A DNA stretch of 64,000 nucleotides. Origin: Halarcobacter sp. (GTDB lineage: Bacteria > Campylobacterota > Campylobacteria > Campylobacterales > Arcobacteraceae). Positions within the stretch are counted from its first letter, which is position 1. Every line of letters begins with the position of its first letter. The position numbers were made by a program, and so were the translations under genes. The stretch spans positions 3,232,001-3,296,000 of the forward strand of contig CP182352.1 in the NCBI GenBank assembly GCA_048571215.1, written 5' to 3'. Below are positions 8,630 to 17,118 of the stretch, in pieces. The notes beneath the pieces were generated by a model. The model was not told the DNA's origin and ran no database searches. It saw nothing but the letters and a program-made list of their open reading frames with translations.

Positions 8630-11600
8630 TTAGTTTTTCATCCATCTTTGTCTTAAGTCTAAAGTATGAGGATACTCTTTATTTTTTGGCATCTCATGGA
8701 AATATAGTTTTTCAAGACCTTTTTTCTCCACAACAGCTCTTTTTGCTCCATTTGCAAATATTGTGTTTTTGCCTGATGTTACAATTGGGTCAAAAGTTTC
8801 AATTTCCCCTTGAGAATGGTTAAAGTCCCAATATCTATTGATTCTTCTTGATTCTGCTTCATATGAATTTACTGGAAATGAATCATAACTTCTACCACCT
8901 GGATGGGAAACAAAGTAGTTAAACCCTCCAATTGATCTATCATTCCATTTATCAATAATATCGAAAGTTAGAGGTGTATCAACCCCAATAGTGGGGTGCA
9001 ATGATGACCAAGGTTGCCAAGCTTTATATCTAACACCACTTACATATACCCCTTCAATTGGTGTTTTGCTAAGGGGAATTTGAACTCCATTACAAGCTAG
9101 GGTATATCTATCTTCATTGAAGTTTTCAATTTTTATTTGAAGCCTTTCAACAGAAGAATCAACATATCTCGCAGTTCCTTGTGAACTAGATTCTTCCCCT
9201 AATACATTCCAAGGTTCAATTGCAGCTCTAATCTCAACATTCATTTTATCAATGGTTGTCATACCATATAATGGAAATCTAAATTCAAAAAATGGATCAA
9301 ACCAATCAAGTTTAAACTCATAGCCATTTTCATTTAAAAAATCTACAACCTCTTTTATATCTTGTTTTACATAGTGCTCTAGTAAAAACTCATCATGAAG
9401 TCTTGTTCCCCAACGCACTAGTTTATGCTTATATGGATTTTTCCAAAAAGATGAAACCAAGGCTCTTACAAGTAACATTTGTAAAAGTGCCATTTGTGAG
9501 TGTGGTGGCATATCAAAAGCACGCAACTCTAAAATACCAAGTCTTCCCGAGCTACTGTCAGGAGAGTATAATTTATCTATACAAAACTCACTTCTATGGG
9601 TATTTCCTGTTATATCTGTTAACATATGTCTAAAAAGTCTATCAGTTAACCAAAATGGAACATCACCAGAATCAGGTATTTGTGAAAAGGCTATTTCTAA
9701 TTCATATAGATTTTCCATTCTGCCTTCATCTACTCTTGGAGCTTGTGAAGTTGGTCCTATAAATGCCCCACTAAACAAATATGACAATCCTGGGTGGTGT
9801 TGCCAAAAGGTGATAAGGCTTCTAAGAAGATTTGGATTTCTTAAAAGTGGTGAATCACTAGGTTTTGCTGCACCTATTGTAACATGGTTACCACCACCTG
9901 TTCCTGTATGCCTTCCATCTATCATAAATTTCTCTGTTCCAAGTCTACATAATCTAGCATCCTCATATAGTTGGAGTAAGTTATCACTTAAATCTTTCCA
10001 AGTGCTTGTAGGTTGAATATTTACCTCTATTACACCTGGATCTGGAGTAACTTTTATTCTGTCTGTTCTAAGATCTTCAGGTGGCTCATACCCTTCAATA
10101 ATAACAGCCAAATTAAGCATTTTTGCTGTTTCTTCTATCGAGGCAATAAGATCTAAAAATGGCTCAGTTTGCTCTACTGGTGGTAAAAATATGCAAATCT
10201 TTTCATCTCTTAGTTCTATAGAAATAGCAGTTCTAACAAAAGCACTATAAGTGTTTTGTTCTGTTGTTTTATCATCAATATCTTTTGCTCTTTGCTCAAC
10301 TTGTGATATATAATCTCCAAGTTCTGGATAAGATGCAAATAAATCTGGCTCAAAGTTTTTTTCTATCTCAATATGTGGTTTTACAATAAGTGATTCTAAT
10401 GGAAGTCTAAGTCCAAGTGGTGAGTTACCAGCACTTAGAAAAAGATAACCTCTTCTAAACTCCCATTTGGAAGTAATCCATTTCGTTCTTCCAAACCCTA
10501 AAGGTAAAACATAGCCAACCTCTTCGTTTAGTCCTTGTGATAATTTTTGGGCTATTGTTCTTCTTTCAAGTGGGTCTTTTAGATTATATTCCATAGGATC
10601 AATATCAAGTGGAAGTCCAGCTTCTTTCATAATATAATAAACAGGATCTTCAAAAGCAGGGATAATATTTTTATCACTTACTCCTAAAACTAAAGCTAAA
10701 GTTGATAAGAATTTTTTAGCATCTGCTGTTGTGTATGGATAGCTCTTGTTTTTGTCAGCTAAAAGATTTGGGTCTTTCCATACAGGTTTTCCATCTTTTC
10801 TCCAAAATACAGTTGTTTGCCATCGTGGAATAGGTTCCCCTGGATACCATTTTCCTTGGGCATGATGTAGAAAACCTCCTGTTGTAGTTGAGTCTAGAAT
10901 TTTTCTTGCTAGATTGTTTGCAAGTTCTCTTTTGTGTTCCCCATCAGCTTTTGTATTCCATTGGTCTGATTCCATATCATCAATAGATACAAAAGTAGGC
11001 TCTCCACCCATAGTAAGTCTAACATCATTTGCAATTAGGTCTTCATCTACTTTAAAACCTAATTTATATATCTCATCCCATTGTTCTTGTCTATATGGTT
11101 TTGTAACTCTTGGTGATTCGAAAATTCTTGTTACTTTGTTTTCAAAACTAAATTCAGTTTCACATTTATCTGCTAAACCTTCTATAGCATGGGCGCTAGA
11201 ATAGTTTGGCGTACATGCAAGAGGTATATGACCTTCTCCTGCAAATAAACCACTGGTACTATCAAGTCCAATCCATCCTGCACCTGGAACATAAACCTCT
11301 GTCCATGCATGAAGGTCTGTAAAATCCTCTTCTGGTCCACTTGGTCCATCAAGAGATTTAACATCTGCTGTTAATTGAACTAAATACCCAGATACAAAAC
11401 GAGCAGCAAGTCCAAGATGTCTTAATACTTGAACAAAAAGCCAAGCAAAATCTCTACAACTACCAAGTTTCTTATCTAAAGTCTCTTTTGGAGTTTGAAC
11501 TCCTGCTTCCATTCTTACTGTGTAGTTTAAAGTATTGTGGATTTTTTGATTTATCTCAACTAAAAAGTCGTTTATATTTTTTTCAGATTTATCAATAGTT

Positions 11601-11995
11601 TTTACAAAATCGTGAAGCTCTTGACAATCCTCTTCTATCTCTAAATAAGGACTGAGCTCCTTTTTTAAATCTTTTTTATATTCAAATGGGAAATTTTTTG
11701 CAGAATCTTCAACAAAGAAGTCAAAAGGGTTTATCGTAACCATATCGGCAATAATCTCAACATCCACACTAAAATGGTCAGTTTTTTCAGGGAAAACTAT
11801 TCTAGCTAGGTAGTTTCCAAAAGGATCTTGTTGCCAATTTATAAAATGATTTTCAGGTTTTATTTTTAATGAATATGCTTCAATAGGAGTTCTACTATGG
11901 GGTGCTGGACGCAACCTAATGATATGTGGTGACATTGATATACTTCTATCATACTTGTATGCAGTTTTATGTGAGATTACAATTTTCAAAGCCAT
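8630..11995 (-). CDS. Transglutaminase domain + DUF2126 putative amidoligase
   Basis: GSCRDFAW, DLHAW, LTMGGEPTFVS, GKWYPGEP, PDPGVIEVN, GTGGGNH, HPGGRSY motifs. Confidence 0.92.
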   Translation of the reverse strand: MALKIVISHKTAYKYDRSISMSPHIIRLRPAPHSRTPIEAYSLKIKPENHFINWQQDPFGNYLARIVFPEKTDHFSVDVEIIADMVTINPFDFFVEDSAKNFPFEYKKDLKKELSPYLEIEEDCQELHDFVKTIDKSEKNINDFLVEINQKIHNTLNYTVRMEAGVQTPKETLDKKLGSCRDFAWLFVQVLRHLGLAARFVSGYLVQLTADVKSLDGPSGPEEDFTDLHAWTEVYVPGAGWIGLDSTSGLFAGEGHIPLACTPNYSSAHAIEGLADKCETEFSFENKVTRIFESPRVTKPYRQEQWDEIYKLGFKVDEDLIANDVRLTMGGEPTFVSIDDMESDQWNTKADGEHKRELANNLARKILDSTTTGGFLHHAQGKWYPGEPIPRWQTTVFWRKDGKPVWKDPNLLADKNKSYPYTTADAKKFLSTLALVLGVSDKNIIPAFEDPVYYIMKEAGLPLDIDPMEYNLKDPLERRTIAQKLSQGLNEEVGYVLPLGFGRTKWITSKWEFRRGYLFLSAGNSPLGLRLPLESLIVKPHIEIEKNFEPDLFASYPELGDYISQVEQRAKDIDDKTTEQNTYSAFVRTAISIELRDEKICIFLPPVEQTEPFLDLIASIEETAKMLNLAVIIEGYEPPEDLRTDRIKVTPDPGVIEVNIQPTSTWKDLSDNLLQLYEDARLCRLGTEKFMIDGRHTGTGGGNHVTIGAAKPSDSPLLRNPNLLRSLITFWQHHPGLSYLFSGAFIGPTSQAPRVDEGRMENLYELEIAFSQIPDSGDVPFWLTDRLFRHMLTDITGNTHRSEFCIDKLYSPDSSSGRLGILELRAFDMPPHSQMALLQMLLVRALVSSFWKNPYKHKLVRWGTRLHDEFLLEHYVKQDIKEVVDFLNENGYEFKLDWFDPFFEFRFPLYGMTTIDKMNVEIRAAIEPWNVLGEESSSQGTARYVDSSVERLQIKIENFNEDRYTLACNGVQIPLSKTPIEGVYVSGVRYKAWQPWSSLHPTIGVDTPLTFDIIDKWNDRSIGGFNYFVSHPGGRSYDSFPVNSYEAESRRINRYWDFNHSQGEIETFDPIVTSGKNTIFANGAKRAVVEKKGLEKLYFHEMPKNKEYPHTLDLRQRWMKN

Positions 11996-12143
11996 TTTTT
12001 ATCCTAATATATAATATTAGAGAGATTATACAAAAATATTAAGTCTATCTAGTTGAAGCGAAAACTATAGTTTTTATTGTTTTGTTAGTAATCAAAAAAT
12101 ATGAAAGCAAAAAAAAGAAAAAAAGCATTTATAAGGCAAATTA

Positions 12144-12202
12144 TTAGCACTCTATTATAATAATTGCTAAAAATATTAGCAGTTACTCTTGACAAGTGCT
12201 AA
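12144..12202. promoter_or_regulatory. Two tandem CIRCE-like (HrcA) operators overlapping the hsp20 promoter
   Basis: TTAGCACTC-N9-AATTGCTAA (12144-12170) and TTAGCAGTT-N9-AAGTGCTAA (12176-12202) versus consensus TTAGCACTC-N9-GAGTGCTAA. Confidence 0.8.
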
Positions 12203-12218
12203 AAATATTTGTTATAAT
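12189..12218 (+). promoter_or_regulatory. Sigma70-type promoter of hsp20
   Basis: TTGACA (12189-12194), 18 nt spacer, extended -10 TGnTATAAT (TATAAT at 12213-12218). Confidence 0.75.
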
Positions 12219-12226
12219 TCCATTAA

Positions 12227-12247
12227 CTTGATAGGTGATACCTCAAG
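12227..12247. promoter_or_regulatory. HAIR-like (HspR) operator
   Basis: CTTGATA-N7-CCTCAAG versus consensus CTTGAGT-N7-ACTCAAG, located just downstream of the -10. Confidence 0.6.
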
Positions 12248-12273
12248 TAAATAAAATTTAAAAGGAGTTAATT

Positions 12274-12687
12274 ATGTTACTAACAAGATTTGATCCATTT
12301 AAACAAATGAAAAACTTAGAAAAAAATTTTTATAACTATCCAACAAATGAAGGTGTAAATGCTTTTGTCCCTGTTGTAAATACAAGAGAGGGTGAGGCTG
12401 CATATCATATTGATGTGGATTTACCTGGTATAAAAAAAGAGGATATAAAAGTTGATATCAATAAAGATATCTTAACTATTTCAGGTGAAAGAAAAACAAA
12501 AGAGGAAGTAAAAGAAGAAGATTACTACAAAGTAGAAACTTCTTTTGGTAAGTTTTCTAGAAGTTTTACCTTGCCAGAAAATATTGATGGAGAAAACATC
12601 GAAGCAAGAAGTGATAATGGAGTTTTAGAGATTATTATTCCAAAACTTGATGAAGCAAAAAATAAAAAAACTATAGAGATAAAATAG
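12274..12687 (+). CDS. Hsp20/alpha-crystallin small heat-shock protein
   Basis: DLPGIKKEDIKV, LTISGERK, FGKFSRSFTLP, NGVLEIIIPK. Confidence 0.95.
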   Translation: MLLTRFDPFKQMKNLEKNFYNYPTNEGVNAFVPVVNTREGEAAYHIDVDLPGIKKEDIKVDINKDILTISGERKTKEEVKEEDYYKVETSFGKFSRSFTLPENIDGENIEARSDNGVLEIIIPKLDEAKNKKTIEIK

Positions 12688-12725
12688 AAGGAGCTTTTAA
12701 TACTCCTTCTAAAAGGAGTTAAGTA

Positions 12726-12827
12726 TTGAAAAACTTAAAACAGAAAGAAAATGACTATTTTGTCTCAATGACAATCTCACTTTTTACGATTATTATTTCC
12801 TTGTTTTTAATAAACAATACCCATTAG
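12726..12827 (+). CDS. Putative 33-aa small membrane protein
   Basis: AAAAGGAG RBS, TTG start, MKNLKQKENDYFVSMTISLFTIIISLFLINNTH*; one hydrophobic stretch; lies before the terminator. Confidence 0.45.
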   Translation: MKNLKQKENDYFVSMTISLFTIIISLFLINNTH

Positions 12828-12850
12828 ATACCACAACTTTCCCCTTAAAA

Positions 12851-12877
12851 AAAAGTAGCTTTTTAAAAGCTACTTTT
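12851..12877 (+). terminator. Intrinsic terminator-like hairpin
   Basis: AAAAGTAGCTTT...AAAGCTACTTTT inverted repeat. Confidence 0.65.
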
Positions 12878-12974
12878 AAAAAATCAAAAAAAATCAAATT
12901 TTTTATTAAATGTGACGTTAAAGTGACAACTTTTTTATATAATAGATTAATGATTTTATATAAGGTCTATCATT

Positions 12975-13712
12975 ATGAAATATTTTGAACTAAAATGCTT
13001 GGCATATATTAAAAAAGAGATTGAACTAAATGAAAGCTTTGATGCTCTATCTAGCTATATAAACTATTGTTTTACAAAAGATGAAGTATTGAAAAAACTA
13101 CATGAAGAAAAAGACTTCAAAAACTATTGTTTTGGGAATTTTTACCCAATAGAAAAAAACAAGGTATATAAAAAAGGAAACACTTATGAGTTTGTGATAC
13201 GCTCATTAGATGAAGAGTTTATTTATAAATTACAAAAACTATTAAGAGAAAATGTAAACAATAGTTTTTTTCAAGTACTACAAGCAACAAAAAAAGTGGT
13301 AAAACAATTTTTTGTAAGTGAACTATATACAATAACCCCAACCATCACAACAGTAAAAGATGAAAATGACAAATCAATATTTTGGACTCTAGATAAAGAT
13401 GGAGATATCTTAAAACTGCAAGAACAACTTCAAAAAAATCTTTTAAAAAAATACGAAAACTTTTATAATGAAAAACTAGAACCAACACAAAACTTTATCC
13501 AACTACTAAAAATCAAAAATCAAAAACCACAATCAATATATTTTATGAAAAAGATAAATGATAATAAAAGTATAAGAGTAAGACTCTTTGGAAATAAGTT
13601 TAAAATAGTACCAAATGAAGATGAAGTAAGTCAGAAGTTGGCGTTTGTTGCTTTAGCTTGTGGACTTGGGGAGAAACAAAGTTATGGTGGAGGGTTTTGT
13701 TTATGGAAGTAG
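12975..13712 (+). CDS. cas6: CRISPR-associated endoribonuclease Cas6
   Basis: C-terminal G-rich loop GLGEKQSYGGGF; first gene of the cas operon. Confidence 0.92.
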   Translation: MKYFELKCLAYIKKEIELNESFDALSSYINYCFTKDEVLKKLHEEKDFKNYCFGNFYPIEKNKVYKKGNTYEFVIRSLDEEFIYKLQKLLRENVNNSFFQVLQATKKVVKQFFVSELYTITPTITTVKDENDKSIFWTLDKDGDILKLQEQLQKNLLKKYENFYNEKLEPTQNFIQLLKIKNQKPQSIYFMKKINDNKSIRVRLFGNKFKIVPNEDEVSQKLAFVALACGLGEKQSYGGGFCLWK

Positions 13713-15466
13713 TTCAAGAAAATTTATTTAATGTTACACAAAAAGATAAAATTGTTTCTAAAAAGTTTACGGTAAAAGATGTATTTTTTAATAACGGTTT
13801 AGTAAATTTATACCAGTTCTTACAAGAGTATGCTTTTGATATTGATATTAAATTAGAAAAAAGTTTTTTAGAACTTAAATACCAAGATGAAGAAATCTTT
13901 TTTAAGATTTTGAATAAATTCTTAGAAGAAAAAGAGATAGTTACTTTTAATAAAAAAAATACAAGAATATTTTTTGATACAAATACAAATGAATTTACTC
14001 AAGCTGCTAAAGTAAATATAAAAAACGGTGGGAGTAATGATTCTAAAAATGCTTTGATAAGAGTTCATATTAGTGATTTATCTATATCAAAAGAAGAACT
14101 ATTAAAAAAAGAAGAAAAATATGTACAAGAAAATGAAAATCACACTAAAGATGAGTATAAGATAGAGAAGTGTTATTATGATAAATCAAAGCAGGAAATT
14201 TATGTATTATCATCTTTACAAGAACATATTGAAAAGTTTTCTTCATACTTAGTAAAAGATGATTTTTTGGCTTTAAATTCTTCTATTCATAATTTTGAAG
14301 ATGGGCAAAAAAGTTTTCATGATATGATAAAAATATCTAAAAATTATAATATAGACAAATGGGAAGCTTTAATTTACTGGTTTGGTACAAAAATACAACA
14401 CTATTTTAACTTTGCTTTTTTTATCTATCCAAACTCATCTAATATAGAAGCATTAAATATTTTTAAAAGAGATTTAAAAATAAAAGATGAAAAAAATAGT
14501 TTTAGAGATGAAAATGATACTTTAATAACGACAAATACAAATGTTAATTTTTATGACCAATTGAGAAAAGATAAGATATTTGGCAAAAAGTTTAAAAATT
14601 TTTATATCTCTAAAAGTGATGTTGAATTTGAATTAAAATTTTTTATGTATTTATTTTCAAAAATTTCTCATATAGAAAGTAGTTATGAAAAAGCTTTAGA
14701 TAAAGATAAAATGACAAAAAGAAAAGAAAAAATTTTTAATGCCTTACAAGAGATTACTTTTGTTGTCTATGTTGAAGATGGGACTTTCAAAAAGTCTTTA
14801 AATGAATATACAAAAGCATATCAGTTTATACAGTTTTTAGAGAAACTTAAAAAAACAAAAATAAATGTTCAAAAAGAATATGAGAGTAATCTTTTTGTTT
14901 ATCTTGCTGATATGATAGTGACATTTGGGTTATCTCAAAATTCAAAAGAAATAAATATAAATTTTCAGAAATGGTGTAAAGCTTTTTTAGAGTTTAAATC
15001 TCTTAGAAAGTATTATTATACAACTAGTTTTAATATTTTGAAAAATGAATCTAAATCTTTTGGTAAAGGTTTATATGAATTTGAAAAAATTTATTTAAAA
15101 AATATAATGAAAGGGAAAAATATGAACATTCTAGAAGAATCTAAAAAACTTGGTGAACAAATTGGTGATTTTGCATCTAAAAAATTTGATATGGTAGATA
15201 AAAAAGGGGATAAAGATTTATTATTTAAAATTAGAAATATTAAAAATAGTAAACAATTATTAAGTTTCTTAAAAGACGTAGAGTTTACATTTTTGAAAGA
15301 TTATAAAAGTGAGTCTACTAATAATTATTATCTTGATACAACAAAATTATTAGTAGATGAATCATTTATTACAAATAATTGGGAAGCAATAAGGGATTAT
15401 ATTTCAATTTTTGCGATAGATAAATATAAAAGAGTAATGTATAGTAAATCAAATAATCAAAAATAA
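13703..15466 (+). CDS. cas8: Type I-B large subunit Cas8 (Cst1-like), divergent
   Basis: Position between cas6 and cas7, about 590 aa, FFNNGLVNL N-terminal motif; ATG 13703 after GGAGGG. Confidence 0.75.
   Translation: MEVVQENLFNVTQKDKIVSKKFTVKDVFFNNGLVNLYQFLQEYAFDIDIKLEKSFLELKYQDEEIFFKILNKFLEEKEIVTFNKKNTRIFFDTNTNEFTQAAKVNIKNGGSNDSKNALIRVHISDLSISKEELLKKEEKYVQENENHTKDEYKIEKCYYDKSKQEIYVLSSLQEHIEKFSSYLVKDDFLALNSSIHNFEDGQKSFHDMIKISKNYNIDKWEALIYWFGTKIQHYFNFAFFIYPNSSNIEALNIFKRDLKIKDEKNSFRDENDTLITTNTNVNFYDQLRKDKIFGKKFKNFYISKSDVEFELKFFMYLFSKISHIESSYEKALDKDKMTKRKEKIFNALQEITFVVYVEDGTFKKSLNEYTKAYQFIQFLEKLKKTKINVQKEYESNLFVYLADMIVTFGLSQNSKEININFQKWCKAFLEFKSLRKYYYTTSFNILKNESKSFGKGLYEFEKIYLKNIMKGKNMNILEESKKLGEQIGDFASKKFDMVDKKGDKDLLFKIRNIKNSKQLLSFLKDVEFTFLKDYKSESTNNYYLDTTKLLVDESFITNNWEAIRDYISIFAIDKYKRVMYSKSNNQK
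15122..15466 (+). CDS. cas11: Putative internally translated small subunit Cas11 (in frame with cas8)
   Basis: AAGGG + 6 nt + ATG in frame inside cas8, giving 114 aa MNILEESKKLGEQIG. Confidence 0.6.
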   Translation: MNILEESKKLGEQIGDFASKKFDMVDKKGDKDLLFKIRNIKNSKQLLSFLKDVEFTFLKDYKSESTNNYYLDTTKLLVDESFITNNWEAIRDYISIFAIDKYKRVMYSKSNNQK

Positions 15467-15475
15467 GGAGAAGAA

Positions 15476-16399
15476 ATGTTTTTAAATATCGCATATATTA
15501 CAAAAGTAAATTTAGCATCATTAAATGGTAGTGAAGGGACAGGTGGGAATATAACTGAAATGAAAAAAATTGCAAGTGCAAATGGTGAAGAGTATGCTTA
15601 TGTTTCGGGACAAGCTTTAAGAAGATATTTTAAAGAAACACTACTTCAACTAGGACAAAGAATTACAGAAGTTAGTGAAAATGGTAATCCAACTTTTAGA
15701 GATGAAAATGGTAAATATATAGATCTTGATAAAAAATTAAAAGATGTAAAAGAATTGGCCTATAAAAAGTTTATAGATCTTGATCTTTTTGGATATATGT
15801 TCCCAAATGGTGGCAGAAGATGGTCTCCTGTAAAAGTTACCCCTCTTATATCAATACTTCCATATAAAGGTGAATATGATTACCTTACAAGAAAACAAAA
15901 ACCAAAAAAAGAAAATGAAAAAAGTGGGAATATTGTACAAATAGAGATAGATACATTAAATTTTATGAGAGGGAATATTATGGTAAATACTTCTCATATA
16001 GGAAATGAAATCGATGAATATACTTATGATGTAAATGAAATTTTAGATAATGAAGAAAAAAATAGTAGATTAAATATTTTTTTAGATGCTATTAAAAACT
16101 TTAATGGTGGAGCAAAACAATCAAGAAACCTTGAAGATATTTCACCAAAATTTATAGTAATAGCTAAACAAAAAACTGGGAATCCATTTTTATTAAATAG
16201 CTTGGATGTGGATATTGAAGGTAATATAAATATTGAAAATATAAAAGAATCTATTGAAGACACAGATGTAGAATCTCTAACTATAGGCATATCAAAAGGG
16301 ATATTCAAAAATGAAGAAGAGATAAAAAATAGCTTTGAAAATGTAGTTTCTGTAGCAAAGGCAATAGAAGAGTATAAAGATATATTAAAGAGTAAATAA
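15476..16399 (+). CDS. cas7: Cas7 (Cst2/DevR type)
   Basis: SLNGSEGTGGNITEMKK, YVSGQALRR, DLDLFGYM, RWSPVKV. Confidence 0.93.
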   Translation: MFLNIAYITKVNLASLNGSEGTGGNITEMKKIASANGEEYAYVSGQALRRYFKETLLQLGQRITEVSENGNPTFRDENGKYIDLDKKLKDVKELAYKKFIDLDLFGYMFPNGGRRWSPVKVTPLISILPYKGEYDYLTRKQKPKKENEKSGNIVQIEIDTLNFMRGNIMVNTSHIGNEIDEYTYDVNEILDNEEKNSRLNIFLDAIKNFNGGAKQSRNLEDISPKFIVIAKQKTGNPFLLNSLDVDIEGNINIENIKESIEDTDVESLTIGISKGIFKNEEEIKNSFENVVSVAKAIEEYKDILKSK

Positions 16400-17118
16400 T
16401 GAAAGTTATAAGATTTGAGATACAAGGTCTTATGAATTCATATAGAATACCTTTTTTTAGAACTTATCATAAAAGTTTTTTAGCTCCACCAAAAACTACT
16501 ATCATAGGAATGCTTTGTAATATCTCATTAAAATCTCAAAAAGAGTTTTTTGAGATTTTAGATAAAGAGGTATTTGAAGTATCAGTTGTAATAAATGAGA
16601 TTAAAGGTAGAGCTAAAGATTTATGGTCATATAAAACTTTAGAGAAAAAAAATATGGGAAAAAGTGTAGTTAGAAGAGATAAACTTTTTTCTCCAAAATA
16701 CACGATATATCTAAAAATAAAAGATAAAAAACTTTATAATGAAATTTTAGAAAATCTAAGATTGCCTAAAAATACTCCATCTTTAGGAATGGATGATGAG
16801 TTGATAGAGATAAAAAATATCAAAACCTTAGAGATGGAAGAACATGACACTAATAAAATAAATTCTATTTTTTTAGATAAAAATATTTCTTATAAGGCAT
16901 ATGTGAAAGATTTATCAAAAAGTATAGAGCTTCCAACTATAAATTTAGCTTCTACAAAGTTTATAGCTTTTGATAAAAAAAATAAAAGAATACCAAAAGA
17001 GTCAAATAAAGATTTTGAATTTAGTCAAGTTGAGTATTTAAATTGTGAAATAGAGTTTGCTAAAGATATAGAGAGTTTTGTGGATGTTGAACTTAATAAT
17101 AAAGTGGTGTTTTACTAG
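16399..17118 (+). CDS. cas5: Cas5 (type I-B)
   Basis: SYRIPF...APPKTTIIGML N-terminal Cas5 motif; SLG loop. Confidence 0.92.
   Translation: MKVIRFEIQGLMNSYRIPFFRTYHKSFLAPPKTTIIGMLCNISLKSQKEFFEILDKEVFEVSVVINEIKGRAKDLWSYKTLEKKNMGKSVVRRDKLFSPKYTIYLKIKDKKLYNEILENLRLPKNTPSLGMDDELIEIKNIKTLEMEEHDTNKINSIFLDKNISYKAYVKDLSKSIELPTINLASTKFIAFDKKNKRIPKESNKDFEFSQVEYLNCEIEFAKDIESFVDVELNNKVVFY

Noticed and set aside
6981..11364. Several short ORFs overlapping the ATP-grasp and DUF2126 genes (similar shadows occur over the cys, kinase and MFS genes)
   Set aside because: Antisense or out-of-frame shadows of well-supported genes, with no recognisable motifs.
12911..12928. TGTGACGTTAAAGTGACA upstream of cas6 as a CRP box
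   Set aside because: The second half-site is not TCACA. It is only a GTGAC direct repeat at 11-bp spacing, too weak to call.
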